A DNA stretch of 56,810 nucleotides from a virus (lineage: Duplodnaviria; Caudoviricetes), in the IMG/VR virus record IMGVR_UViG_3300013093_000003, positions 1 to 56,810 of that record. The stretch is one strand, 5' to 3'. A program made the position numbers and the translations under genes. This document shows positions 36,028-45,438 of this stretch, piece after piece. The notes under the pieces are model-generated. The model searched no databases, was not told the DNA's origin, and saw only the letters and a program-made list of their open reading frames with translations. Position 1 is the stretch's first letter; the number at the start of each line of letters is the position of its first letter.

Positions 36028-36348
36028 ATGAACGATCTAACCCCAGTCTCTAAGCCCGCCTTCGCGTCTACGACGGTGTGGAACTCTATCGCTGTTATTG
36101 GCGCCGCGGCAACCGCCGCTTATTCCGCATGGAAAACAGGCGACACCGCCATGTTCGGAGCCGCTATCGTTGGCGTTATCGGCGGCGTGAACTCGATCGT
36201 TGGCCGTTTCAAGGCGCAAGGCCCGCTGTCGGGCTGGATGGCCACGGCTGCGGACGTCATTCAGGAAGCTGACACCTTAGCACCCATCCTTGTCAGCAAT
36301 CTTGCGCCACCCGTTCCGGCAAGCGCACCTTTGCCTGAATCACACTGA
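36028..36348 (+). CDS. Putative holin
   Basis: Two TM helices; directly after the endolysin. Confidence 0.55.
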   Translation: MNDLTPVSKPAFASTTVWNSIAVIGAAATAAYSAWKTGDTAMFGAAIVGVIGGVNSIVGRFKAQGPLSGWMATAADVIQEADTLAPILVSNLAPPVPASAPLPESH

Positions 36349-36959
36349 TGCTGCGGCACGCCTCTCTCGCGCTTCTAGCGCAACAGTCCTATTCAGGCCC
36401 GCAAACCTTACAGGTCGCGGGAGACGTGCGCGCCGACATAACGGAGTATACGACGGAAGTCGTAGTGGCGTGCCCCGGCACTCACCCGTCTGACTTGCAA
36501 GACTGGATTCGAGACGTTCGCGCATTCCCGTCTTATTTCAAGAAACTCGGTTTCTGCCATTCGGGCTTCGGGTCGGGCGGTATAGACCTTTGGTCTAAGC
36601 TGAAAGGCCAACTACCAAAAGACAAGCTTGTCACTTACACGGGGCATTCTCTGGGCGGCGCTTTAGCGCAGGTTCTCGCGGCACTGCACGTTGCCGAAAT
36701 GAAACAGACCTGCCGCGTCGTAACGTTCGGTGCGCCGCGCGTCCCGTTTATGCTGAACCGTTCTTTCAAAAAACGCGCCAAAATGTTGACGGACAGCGTG
36801 GGCTACCAACGGTCGGGCGACCCAGTTCCCGAAATGCCGACGTGGCCTTTCTACTACCACCCGATAAAAACGCAAAAAATCGGCGTTCGTGTGTTCGACC
36901 CAATTGAGAACCATTCCATTTCCCGCTATGCTGCTGACTTAGCGGCACTCAACCTTTAG
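36348..36959 (+). CDS. Lipase class 3 (alpha/beta hydrolase)
   Basis: PGT oxyanion region, HSGF, TGHSLGGA nucleophile elbow, TFGAPR, DPVP, H(S)I..Y. Confidence 0.9.
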   Translation: MLRHASLALLAQQSYSGPQTLQVAGDVRADITEYTTEVVVACPGTHPSDLQDWIRDVRAFPSYFKKLGFCHSGFGSGGIDLWSKLKGQLPKDKLVTYTGHSLGGALAQVLAALHVAEMKQTCRVVTFGAPRVPFMLNRSFKKRAKMLTDSVGYQRSGDPVPEMPTWPFYYHPIKTQKIGVRVFDPIENHSISRYAADLAALNL

Positions 36960-36967
36960 GAAAACCC

Positions 36968-37330
36968 ATGAATCGTTTTGCTCCTGCTTTCATCCTTCTA
37001 GGCGCTTTGTGCTCTGGTTGCTCGACTTCGGCTGTGACCCAGTTCGGCACCAATGCTGCTGCGGTCGCCGTGTCAATCAACACCGTGAACAACTCGATCA
37101 TTCAGTTGAACACAACCATCATCAACAACACAGCCCAGCTCGCTGCAGCTTTGGCCAAAGTTGAATGCCCTATCATCAACGCTTCGGTGTCTTTGGGTAA
37201 GGCGATTGCCGCTGACCCGAACGTCTCCGCAAGTGTGAAGGCCAAGCTCAACAAGGCTGGCCCAGCAGGCGCTTTGGTGTCTGATGTTTGCGCCGCTGCT
37301 GGCTTCGGCCCTACCGCCGCTGTGAACTAA
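36968..37330 (+). CDS. Putative lipoprotein
   Basis: Signal peptide with lipobox-like CSGC; two further Cys. Confidence 0.6.
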   Translation: MNRFAPAFILLGALCSGCSTSAVTQFGTNAAAVAVSINTVNNSIIQLNTTIINNTAQLAAALAKVECPIINASVSLGKAIAADPNVSASVKAKLNKAGPAGALVSDVCAAAGFGPTAAVN

Positions 37331-37677
37331 TGGCTCCGCTGATCGTCGCTCTTGTCGGGCTGTTCACGGGTGCGGGAGCAGGCGCTTACGCCTTTCCCGC
37401 GCTGACGGGTGCTGCCAAGACTGAAGCGGTTATCGCGGGCCTCTACGCCGACTTGCCGACGATTTGCGCGGCAACCCAGCCCGTTATTGACCAGCTTGCT
37501 TTAGCTGCGCCTCGGTCAAAAGCACTGGTCAAACTCTCTTACGCGTCGGATGCTGTTTGCGCCGCCGCCAAAAGACCCGACAACCCCATCGACCAAGCCC
37601 GACTCATCATTGACTTGGTTCAAGCAATACACGCCGCGAACGTTAAGATTGCGGCGTCCCAACCTGTAAAGAAGTAA
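37330..37677 (+). CDS. Membrane-anchored protein, possibly lysis-associated
   Basis: N-terminal TM helix; two Cys; TAATG coupling. Confidence 0.55.
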   Translation: MAPLIVALVGLFTGAGAGAYAFPALTGAAKTEAVIAGLYADLPTICAATQPVIDQLALAAPRSKALVKLSYASDAVCAAAKRPDNPIDQARLIIDLVQAIHAANVKIAASQPVKK

Positions 37678-37679
37678 GA

Positions 37680-37943
37680 ATGCCGAATTTCACTTTTGAC
37701 GGTTCCATCAACGCTGGCCAAATTCTCACAGGTCTTATTTTTCTTTTCGGCTGCGGCGTCGTCTGGGGCACAACAAGTCGTCGGCTGAAAGAAGTTCAGA
37801 AAGACGTAAGCGGGGTGCAGGAAGAAATAAAAAAGCTTACCGAGATTACTATTTCAAACGCGGCTCGTGACGAGCGCGAGAAAGCTTTGGCTGCACGCCT
37901 TGACCGCTTGGAGCGTCAATTAGAAATAATGCAGAATAAATAA
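37680..37943 (+). CDS. TM plus coiled-coil protein
   Basis: One TM helix followed by heptad repeats. Confidence 0.6.
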   Translation: MPNFTFDGSINAGQILTGLIFLFGCGVVWGTTSRRLKEVQKDVSGVQEEIKKLTEITISNAARDEREKALAARLDRLERQLEIMQNK

Positions 37944-37944
37944 A

Positions 37945-37971
37945 ATACAGCTTGTCAAATACAACTTGTCT
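37945..37971. promoter_or_regulatory. Tandem operator-like sites before the replication arm
   Basis: ATACAGCTTGTCA and ATACAACTTGTCT, variants of the 13-bp palindrome. Confidence 0.5.
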
Positions 37972-37985
37972 TGATAAAAGAAGGT

Positions 37986-38201
37986 ATGTTTGACACTTAC
38001 AAATTTCTTACCGGCAATTGGCCGAACGCTGACGAGCTTTTGAAGTTCGCGCACAACTACGGCTGCTCTCATCTCAAGCGGCAAACCGCGTATAAGTGGT
38101 TTGAGCGAAAGTCCGTCCCTTCCGACTGGCTTCCTATTTTGCTGGCCTTAATGGAACTCGACCAAGGCAAGCCCATCTCTCTCGCAAAGTATCTGAAATG
38201 A
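37986..38201 (+). CDS. Cro-like HTH protein
   Basis: RQTAYKWFERKSVPSDWL motif; first gene of the replication arm. Confidence 0.55.
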   Translation: MFDTYKFLTGNWPNADELLKFAHNYGCSHLKRQTAYKWFERKSVPSDWLPILLALMELDQGKPISLAKYLK

Positions 38202-38605
38202 TTGAAATCGTCTTGGCTGGAGAGCCTGTCGGCAAAGGCCGTCCGCGTTTTGTAAAGGCCACCGGTCGGGCTTATACACCAGAAAAGACAGCGCGTTACG
38301 AAGATCGGCTCGCATGGGCGGCGCAAGCTGTCATGGGTGGTCGGCCTTTGTTTGAGGGTGCCGTAAAGCTCGAAATTGATATTTACATGAGCATACCGAG
38401 CAGCAAGCCGAAGAAGTGGCAGGCCGACGCTCTTTCTGGGGTGATTCGCCCGACCAAAAAGCCGGACTGGGAAAACGTCGCCAAGATGACAGACGCGTTC
38501 AATAAAGTTGTCTGGCTTGATGACAGTCAGGTTGTCGAAGGCATTGTGCGAAAATTCTATTCCAACCAGCCGCGTATCGTTATTCGTGTTGACAACTTGT
38601 ATTAG
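38198..38605 (+). CDS. rusA: RusA-like Holliday junction resolvase
   Basis: GEPVGKGRPRF, KKPDWEN..K..DA.N..VW.DDSQVV. Confidence 0.9.
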   Translation: MIEIVLAGEPVGKGRPRFVKATGRAYTPEKTARYEDRLAWAAQAVMGGRPLFEGAVKLEIDIYMSIPSSKPKKWQADALSGVIRPTKKPDWENVAKMTDAFNKVVWLDDSQVVEGIVRKFYSNQPRIVIRVDNLY

Positions 38606-38647
38606 ATCAAATACCGTAATTGCAGAAACAGAGAAACGGACGAAACG

Positions 38648-38959
38648 ATGACGACGCAAGAGCTGATAGCTATTCTTAAAACCCAAGATCAAAACGCGAC
38701 TGTGGTTTTGTCGGCAAAAGATTTGTATTTTAGGGACGATCATTTTTACACGGTAAACACTGTCACGGTTGAGTTAGCCGCGAAGTGCTCTAAGAATTTC
38801 TACGCAATAGCTGGAAGCCGTGACGACGTAGCAGACGCTCGACACTACTTGGCTGACGGGAAAGAAATTCTTGCAGATCAAGTCGTGGTTTTGTCGATGG
38901 TTCAAGAAGATTTCGACCCTGAAAATTTAACGCTCGTAAAATCGGTGTTATCGTTTTGA
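38648..38959 (+). CDS. Hypothetical protein
   Basis: MTTQELIAIL...D..A.V N-terminus common in phage small proteins. Confidence 0.6.
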   Translation: MTTQELIAILKTQDQNATVVLSAKDLYFRDDHFYTVNTVTVELAAKCSKNFYAIAGSRDDVADARHYLADGKEILADQVVVLSMVQEDFDPENLTLVKSVLSF

Positions 38960-41364
38960 CACCGATGCCCACACAGTTAAGCGGAGCCGAGTTCCTCGCC
39001 TCTCGCCATCGCGCACTTCTTGCAGACGCTCCACGCGTCGGGAAACAGCAGCCTACTTACTGCAAAGTCATGACGCCTATTGGGCCATTGCCGCTCGGTA
39101 ACATTTGTGTCGGTGATAAAGTTTGTCACCCGAACGGCGGAGTTTCTACTGTCACTGGCGTGTTTCCGCAGGGTGTTCAGCCCGCATATCGAGTAACTTT
39201 TCGTGACGGAACATCTACTCTCTGCGGAATAGACCATTTATGGTCTGTGCGAGACTCCAATAGTTTGCGGAACAGTAAGCTTGGCCGTTCTCGCTATCGC
39301 ACTCTTTCGTTGAGAAGCATAACGCAAACCGGCTTGTTGCGAGCCGATGGTAAGTCGAATTTTCGCATTCCCGACCACGACTCAGTTGCGTTTACGAAAA
39401 AAGAATTGCCTGTTCCGCCCTATTTAGTCGGCGCGCTTTTAGGCGACGCGTATTTGCTGGGCGGGGTTGTCCTTAGCGTAGCCGACCGAGATTTGGATAT
39501 TTTAGACCGCGTAAAAAGTTTAATGCCGGCTTTGAACGTAAAAGAAAGCAGAACTGGCCCATCTTGTGTCGCGTATCGGCTAACCCTTCAGGACGCTCCG
39601 AGAGGTGAATTTTTTAAAATTATTAAGCAAGCAGGACTTGCGCAATATTCCGCCGACAAGTTTATACCCGACAATTATCTTATGTCATGCACCGAAGATA
39701 GAATCGAGCTGCTCCGGGGGTTGATGGACACGGATGGAAGCTGCGGAGTTTCTGGAAACGTGTCCCCAAGCGGTATTCATCGTTACACAGGCTCGGTAAC
39801 TTTTAGCAGCAGTTCTAAAACAATGGCTGTGCAAGTAGCTTGGTTAGTTCGTAGCTTGGGCGGTAAAGCGACGTTGTCGTCATTTGAGCGAGGCGAAAAA
39901 GAGGTAGACCATGTTGTGCGCATGCAAGTAGGGTTCTGTCCTTTTTATACCGCCTTTAAACGCGATAGGTGGTCTGCAATAGCAAACGCATCGGCGAAAA
40001 TCACGCGGGCTATTACGAAGATAGAATACGTTGAGAACACCGAACAGGTATGTATCAGCGTAGATGCGCCAGACGGTTTGTATTTGACCGATGATTTTAT
40101 CGTCACCCACAACACTGGCGCAGCAATTATCGCCGCCGATTACGTCCTTGCCCGCACAATTTTCGTTTTAACGACCGCTTCAGGCCGCGCCGTCTGGCGC
40201 AAAGCTTTCGCGGATTGGTCGTCGGCTGGCCGCACTGTGAAAGTGCTCGGCGTCGATAAGAACGCAGAACTGGCCGACGTGACGATTGCCTCGTGGGGTT
40301 CGGCGCAGAACATAAGCAACGCCCATACAAAGAACCGCGACTTGTTTATTCTGGACGAAGACCATTACGGCAAGTCTCCTGAAGCAAAACGCACAACGTC
40401 CGTTTACGGCAAAATGTATGACGGCGGCACGCAAATGCTGGTTGGCGGGGCTTTGCTCCAGCCCAACGTGCAAGCGTGGCATTTGACCGGCACCCCTATG
40501 CCGCACGACCCCGGCGACATGTATGTGCGTTTGCGTGCATCTGCTCCTGAAATGCTGCTGGAGAATAAAGAAAAAGGTTGGCCAGATGTGCTGCGCTTCG
40601 AAGATTTCCGTAAGCGGTATTGCATAATCCGGATGAAGAAGTTGTCGGCTTGGAACCGCATCCCTGTTGTGATTGGCGGTCAGAACGAAGCCGAGCTTAG
40701 TGCGCGCATTGAAGGGTTCTGGCTGCGCCGTTTACCATCCGACGTAGGAATGCGCCCGCCGTCTTACGAAACATTCCCGTTGCTTGTGTCTGCCACCCAG
40801 CGCAGATCCGCCAATGGCGACGTTGACATCGAGAAAGTGTTGTCCGCAGCCGAAAACGGCAACACGAAAGAACTTGAGATGGAGCTTGGCGTTTTGCGCC
40901 GTTTGACCGGCAAGATCAAAGCTGAAGCGGTCGTCGGCGCGATTGAAGAAGATTTCGACAACGGGCTCGATAAGACAGTGCTGATGTTTTGGCACACCGA
41001 AGTCGGAAACATGCTGGCCGAAGCTTTGGCCAAATTCGGGGTCGTGTTTGTTGACGGTTCGACGCCGGCACGCGAACGCGAAACCGCAGAGATTGCTTTC
41101 CGCACCGACCCGGCTAAGCGAGTGTTTATCGGCCAGATTCAAGCTTGCTGCGAAGCGATTGATTTGAGCGCAGCTTCGGTGCTGTGGTTCGTTGAAACAA
41201 GTTTCACGCCCGCCCATATGGCGCAGGCAAGCCAAAGAATTTCGAACGTCAAACAGACGCGAAATACATTCGTGCGGGTCTGCACGATTGAAGGAAGCAT
41301 TGACGATGCACTACAGGCATCGCTGATGCGGTTATGGACAGCAATTAACAAAGTCATCAAGTAG
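38956..41364 (+). CDS. SNF2-like helicase interrupted by an intein
   Basis: LADAPRVGK/T, ILDEDH, LTGTP, VDGST, EAIDL, QASQRI. Confidence 0.9.
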   Translation: MTPMPTQLSGAEFLASRHRALLADAPRVGKQQPTYCKVMTPIGPLPLGNICVGDKVCHPNGGVSTVTGVFPQGVQPAYRVTFRDGTSTLCGIDHLWSVRDSNSLRNSKLGRSRYRTLSLRSITQTGLLRADGKSNFRIPDHDSVAFTKKELPVPPYLVGALLGDAYLLGGVVLSVADRDLDILDRVKSLMPALNVKESRTGPSCVAYRLTLQDAPRGEFFKIIKQAGLAQYSADKFIPDNYLMSCTEDRIELLRGLMDTDGSCGVSGNVSPSGIHRYTGSVTFSSSSKTMAVQVAWLVRSLGGKATLSSFERGEKEVDHVVRMQVGFCPFYTAFKRDRWSAIANASAKITRAITKIEYVENTEQVCISVDAPDGLYLTDDFIVTHNTGAAIIAADYVLARTIFVLTTASGRAVWRKAFADWSSAGRTVKVLGVDKNAELADVTIASWGSAQNISNAHTKNRDLFILDEDHYGKSPEAKRTTSVYGKMYDGGTQMLVGGALLQPNVQAWHLTGTPMPHDPGDMYVRLRASAPEMLLENKEKGWPDVLRFEDFRKRYCIIRMKKLSAWNRIPVVIGGQNEAELSARIEGFWLRRLPSDVGMRPPSYETFPLLVSATQRRSANGDVDIEKVLSAAENGNTKELEMELGVLRRLTGKIKAEAVVGAIEEDFDNGLDKTVLMFWHTEVGNMLAEALAKFGVVFVDGSTPARERETAEIAFRTDPAKRVFIGQIQACCEAIDLSAASVLWFVETSFTPAHMAQASQRISNVKQTRNTFVRVCTIEGSIDDALQASLMRLWTAINKVIK
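39046..40113 (+). mobile_element. Class 3 intein (356 aa) with LAGLIDADG endonuclease
   Basis: Begins QQP after Walker A GK and ends VTHN/T; DHLW, VCISV, VTHN WCT triplet; GALLGDA and LRGLMDTDG motifs. Confidence 0.9.
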
Positions 41365-41373
41365 GAGACGAAA

Positions 41374-42270
41374 GTGTCAATTAAGATCGAAATTACAGCG
41401 CACCCCGAAAGCGGTGACATGGCAACCCAGCTCAAAGACGCTTTTGCGGCTCTGGGATATTTTAAATACCCGGCGCGCCCATGGCTGCAAACAACAGGAG
41501 AAATGACGTTCGCGTATGAGCCTCGGCATAAGACCGCCGTGGAAACCCCAGACGCGGCCGCAGCTTCTACGCAAGAACGCGTTGCAGAAGTTTTGGCGGA
41601 AGCCGAGAAAGCCGCAGTCGAAGAACCCAAGCGCGAACGCGGTCAGCCGTCCGGTGGCCGCAGCCGCCGAACCAAGGCAGAGATTGCCGAGGACGAAGCA
41701 GCAACCCAGCCCACGACCTCCCCTGTTGATGTGCTTGCCATATCAACTGGTGAAGAACGTATCGACCCTGAAGTCGTTGCGCAAGACGCCGTCGACGAAG
41801 CCGCCGAAGTGGCCGCGACCAAGACAAAGCTGACCCGCGACGATCTGCGGCAGGCTGTCGGCGCTTACTCGAAAGTGCACGGCATCGTTGCGGCGCAGAA
41901 GAATATCCCGCTCATTTTGGGCTGCTCGATAATGGAACTGCCGGACACCCAAGAAGATTTGTCCGCAGCAATCGCAAAAGTCGTTGCGGCAACTTTCACT
42001 GTAGATGCAACCACAAGCAAGCCTGAAGCGCCGCAGGCAACGAAAGCCGATGTGGTCGAATCGTTCAAAGCTTACATGGCCAAGTATCCCGGCAAGCTGG
42101 ACGGCGTTGATTTTGTGCAGCTTGACGGCAAGGCACTGTTGCGCGGCGTCTTCGGTGAGGAAATCGACCGGATTAACCTTATCCCAGACGAGCCCGCCGC
42201 ATACGGAAAAGCGCTGGCGGCAATCAACGCGGCGATTAGCGCAGACCCGTTCAAGCGCGGAGGCAAGTGA
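41374..42270 (+). CDS. Hypothetical Ala/Glu-rich protein
   Basis: AGGAG RBS; RRTKAEIAED motif. Confidence 0.7.
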   Translation: MSIKIEITAHPESGDMATQLKDAFAALGYFKYPARPWLQTTGEMTFAYEPRHKTAVETPDAAAASTQERVAEVLAEAEKAAVEEPKRERGQPSGGRSRRTKAEIAEDEAATQPTTSPVDVLAISTGEERIDPEVVAQDAVDEAAEVAATKTKLTRDDLRQAVGAYSKVHGIVAAQKNIPLILGCSIMELPDTQEDLSAAIAKVVAATFTVDATTSKPEAPQATKADVVESFKAYMAKYPGKLDGVDFVQLDGKALLRGVFGEEIDRINLIPDEPAAYGKALAAINAAISADPFKRGGK

Positions 42271-42629
42271 TGACTGTTGAACTCGGAAAAACTTACCGGA
42301 CTTACGCCGGCCACCCCGTTCGAATCTACGCTGTGGACGGCGTAGGAGAATGCCCTGTGCACGGAGCTTTTGAAGGCAAAGCGGGGTGGACTATGTTCAC
42401 ATGGACTGCATCAGGGTCTTGCAGTCTTAAGCCAACAGGTCCAAAGCATCTTGAGCTTGTCGAAGGCAAGCCGCGCATTCAGCGGGAATCGTGGGTGAAT
42501 ATTTACCCAGACATTTACACAACTACGCACCCGTCAAAAAAGGAGGCAGACAGTATCGCTACGAGGAACCGAATTGCTTGCGTCAAAATAGCAATCGATT
42601 GCGAAGAAGGAGAAGGTCTTGAAAACTGA
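42270..42629 (+). CDS. Hypothetical protein
   Basis: GKTYRT..G..VRI.AVD motif; coupled to its neighbours. Confidence 0.7.
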   Translation: MTVELGKTYRTYAGHPVRIYAVDGVGECPVHGAFEGKAGWTMFTWTASGSCSLKPTGPKHLELVEGKPRIQRESWVNIYPDIYTTTHPSKKEADSIATRNRIACVKIAIDCEEGEGLEN

Positions 42630-43911
42630 AATCGACCACGGCGCACGAGACCACGCCCAATGGTCTGCTTCGGCTACGGCGCGCAACTGGCAATGTCAGG
42701 GCGCAATGGCAATGGCCACCATTTGCCCCGAAGGCAAAGAATCCGAACATGCGGCGCGCGGCACGGCTGCGCACCAGATTTCAGAAATGTGCTTGCAGAC
42801 ATTCAGCAACGCCATTGACTATCTCGGCACCGTCGAAAAGACCAAGGTGTTCGACGTCGAGATTGACGAAGAAATCGTAAATTCCGCACAGGAATATATC
42901 GACTACGTGCGGAAACAGTCAAAAGACTGTGAGCTGATGTTGGAGACTCGGTTCTCTCTGGCATCGCTTGACCCGCCGTTTCAGGCGGGCGGGACTTGCG
43001 ATGCTATCGTTTTGAACGCGGCAGAGCGGCTCGTGGAAGTCATCGACCTGAAGCACGGCGTCGGCGTCGTCAACGCGAAAGAAAACCCGCAACTGCGCAC
43101 CTATGCTCTGGGTGCTCTGTTGTCGCTTTCCAACGACGAGGCAGCGAACTACGACCGGATTAAGGTCACGATTGTGCAGCCACGCGCACCGCACAGAGAA
43201 GGCCGCATCCGTTCGGAAGAATTTCATGTGGCCGACTTGATCGAGTGGACAAGCGAGCTGATGAAGGCCATGCACCGTTCAAAAGACGCGATGGATGAGT
43301 TCGCCAAGATCAACGGCAATCGCGTCTTGTTCGATGACTGGGCGGACAAGTATCTTCAAACAGGTGCGTGCAAGTTCTGCCCCGCCGAGGGCATGTGTCC
43401 GAAGCAACGGTCGAACGCGTTAAAAGTGGCGCCAGAGATTGCGCAAAAGTGGTTTGAAGATCCGACAGCGGTGACGCTGCCGACTCTGACCAATCTGCCC
43501 GAACTCATGTCGCCCGAAGAACGTGGCCACACTCTTGACGGTCTGCAAATGCTGGAAGACTGGATCAAAGCTCTCCGCAGCGTTGAGCACACAATGGCCG
43601 AGAAGGGCAACCCCGCGACGGGTTGGCAGCTCGTCGATAAGGAGAAGCGGCGCGCATGGGCTGCTCCGGAAGAAAAGATTGCCGCCGACCTCAAGTCGGT
43701 TGTGAAGCTGACAGACGACCAGATTTACAAGAAGACGGTTATCTCGCCAGCGCAAGTCGAGAAGATTTTAGGTGCAAAGCGAAAAGGAGAAATAGCGAGC
43801 ATGTGGCACAACCCGCCGACCACAGAAACGAATCTGGTGTCGGTTACGAAAACAACCCGCCCGGCTGCAAAAAGCAAGACCGCGCAATTTTTTGAAGAAA
43901 CAGGAAACTAA
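42619..43911 (+). CDS. DUF2800 / Cas4-like PD-(D/E)XK nuclease
   Basis: SASA...W.C, GTAAH, GTCD, VIDLKHG, NPQL..YALG, CKFCP...C. Confidence 0.85.
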   Translation: MKTEIDHGARDHAQWSASATARNWQCQGAMAMATICPEGKESEHAARGTAAHQISEMCLQTFSNAIDYLGTVEKTKVFDVEIDEEIVNSAQEYIDYVRKQSKDCELMLETRFSLASLDPPFQAGGTCDAIVLNAAERLVEVIDLKHGVGVVNAKENPQLRTYALGALLSLSNDEAANYDRIKVTIVQPRAPHREGRIRSEEFHVADLIEWTSELMKAMHRSKDAMDEFAKINGNRVLFDDWADKYLQTGACKFCPAEGMCPKQRSNALKVAPEIAQKWFEDPTAVTLPTLTNLPELMSPEERGHTLDGLQMLEDWIKALRSVEHTMAEKGNPATGWQLVDKEKRRAWAAPEEKIAADLKSVVKLTDDQIYKKTVISPAQVEKILGAKRKGEIASMWHNPPTTETNLVSVTKTTRPAAKSKTAQFFEETGN

Positions 43912-43914
43912 ATC

Positions 43915-44544
43915 ATGGCTATGAAGCGCAGTGAAGATTTCAAAACCCCAATGGGCCGTCTCGCTTATGCCCAGTCTCTCTACAAGCCGCGCGCGGCTGA
44001 AGCAGGCGGCAAAGAGAAATACGGCTGCACCCTGATTTTCAATAAGGCCGACCGTGCCGCGCTGGAAAAGGTTGTAGCGCAGGTCATTACCGACGAATGG
44101 GGCGTCAAAGGCATTGAGCGTGCAAAGGCTGGCCTTATCAAGTCGCCGTTCCTTGCGGGTGACGGCAAGGAAGCGCGTAATAAGACGACGGGCGAACTGC
44201 ATCCCGGCATGGGGCCGGACGTGTTCTTTATCCGGTGCCAAGCCAATGCTGACCGCCCACCGGCTGTTCGCTGGAAGTCGCCAAACATTCAGGAAACCGA
44301 AGCAACGGTCTATTCGGGCTGTTACGGCAAAGCGGTTGTCAACGTGTTCGCGTGGCACAACGACAAGAACGGCGACGGCGTGTCCTTTGGTTTGGCTATG
44401 TTTCAAAAGATGGGCGAGGGTGAACGTCTTGGCGGCTCTGGTGGTGTTGACGTAGACAGGCACTTTGAGAAGATCGAAGATGCGGGCGAAGCGCCGGAGT
44501 CCACAAAGGGCGGTGCTGGCGCCGGCGGATTGTTCGGAGAGTAG
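43915..44544 (+). CDS. ssDNA-binding protein (DUF2815-like)
   Basis: RLAY...KYGCTL, YSGCYG, GVSFGL...Q....GERLGG. Confidence 0.85.
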   Translation: MAMKRSEDFKTPMGRLAYAQSLYKPRAAEAGGKEKYGCTLIFNKADRAALEKVVAQVITDEWGVKGIERAKAGLIKSPFLAGDGKEARNKTTGELHPGMGPDVFFIRCQANADRPPAVRWKSPNIQETEATVYSGCYGKAVVNVFAWHNDKNGDGVSFGLAMFQKMGEGERLGGSGGVDVDRHFEKIEDAGEAPESTKGGAGAGGLFGE

Positions 44545-44592
44545 TATCAACAGCAGCGCCCGCATAGGGCGCTGCTAACAAAGGTTAACCCG

Positions 44593-45108
44593 ATGCGCCG
44601 ATACATACCCACCGCAGACGAATTAAGAACCGCAATGCTTTACGATAGAGCATCGGGAGTTCTTACTTGGAAACACCGTTCGAATGTTCCGACTTGGTGG
44701 AACACTAAATACGCGGGTAAAGAAGTAGGATGCTTGCTTAGAGGCTATGTCAAATTAATGTTTAACAAAAACGTGTTTTCCGCACACAAACTTGTTTGGC
44801 TTTACGTAACGGGTGAATGGCCAACCGCTGACATAGACCACATCAACATGAACACGTCTGACAACCGTATGGAAAATCTGAGGTTGGCCACCAAGTCCCA
44901 GAATGCCGCAAACCGTCGGGTAACTCGCGCCAGCAAGTCTAAACTGAAAGGCGTGAGTTGGAGTAAAGCTGCGGACAAGTGGGTGGGGCAGATATGCGTC
45001 GATAATAACAGGCTTTACTTAGGTGTGTTCGATTGCCCCGCAGCAGCGCATCTGGCTTATGTAGTCGCATCTGACAAACATTTTGGCGTTTTTGCGAGAA
45101 GCCGATAA
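44593..45108 (+). CDS. HNH endonuclease with AP2-like C-terminus
   Basis: IDHINMNTSDNRMENLRLAT.SQN, KGVSW, YLGVF. Confidence 0.9.
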   Translation: MRRYIPTADELRTAMLYDRASGVLTWKHRSNVPTWWNTKYAGKEVGCLLRGYVKLMFNKNVFSAHKLVWLYVTGEWPTADIDHINMNTSDNRMENLRLATKSQNAANRRVTRASKSKLKGVSWSKAADKWVGQICVDNNRLYLGVFDCPAAAHLAYVVASDKHFGVFARSR

Positions 45109-45135
45109 TTAGTTTCTAAACCGCAGCCAATACGT

Positions 45136-45164
45136 TTGACAAACTGTTTTACGTCTGTCAATCT
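45136..45164 (+). promoter_or_regulatory. Sigma70-like promoter with inverted TGTCAA
   Basis: TTGACA 45136, TGTCAA 45156, CAATCT at 17-bp spacing. Confidence 0.45.
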
Positions 45165-45197
45165 CGTATTGGCTGCTTCGTTTTAAAGGAGAGTAGA

Positions 45198-45428
45198 ATG
45201 ACTGAAGGCACGAATGTAGGCGAAATGGCGTCTTTCCTAGACCGGATTGAGCGTCTCGAAGAAGAAAAGAAAGCCCTCGGGGAAGACATTTCCGAAGTGT
45301 GGAAAGAAGCAAAAGACCGAGGGTACGACACCGGAATTTTGCGTAAGGCTTACTCCATCCGAAAGATGCAGAAAGACGATCGCGCGGTGCTTCACCTTTA
45401 CGTAGATTCGCTGGGGTTGTTTGACTGA
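45198..45428 (+). CDS. gapR: GapR/DUF2312-like nucleoid-associated protein
   Basis: FLDRIERLEEEKKALGEDISEVWKEAKDRGYDT.ILRK matches the DUF2312 consensus. Confidence 0.88.
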   Translation: MTEGTNVGEMASFLDRIERLEEEKKALGEDISEVWKEAKDRGYDTGILRKAYSIRKMQKDDRAVLHLYVDSLGLFD

Positions 45429-45438
45429 GGACACCGCT

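Noticed and set aside
42619-43911. Cas4-like nuclease as part of a CRISPR system
   Set aside because: It sits in the standard helicase-DUF2800-SSB-polA replication module
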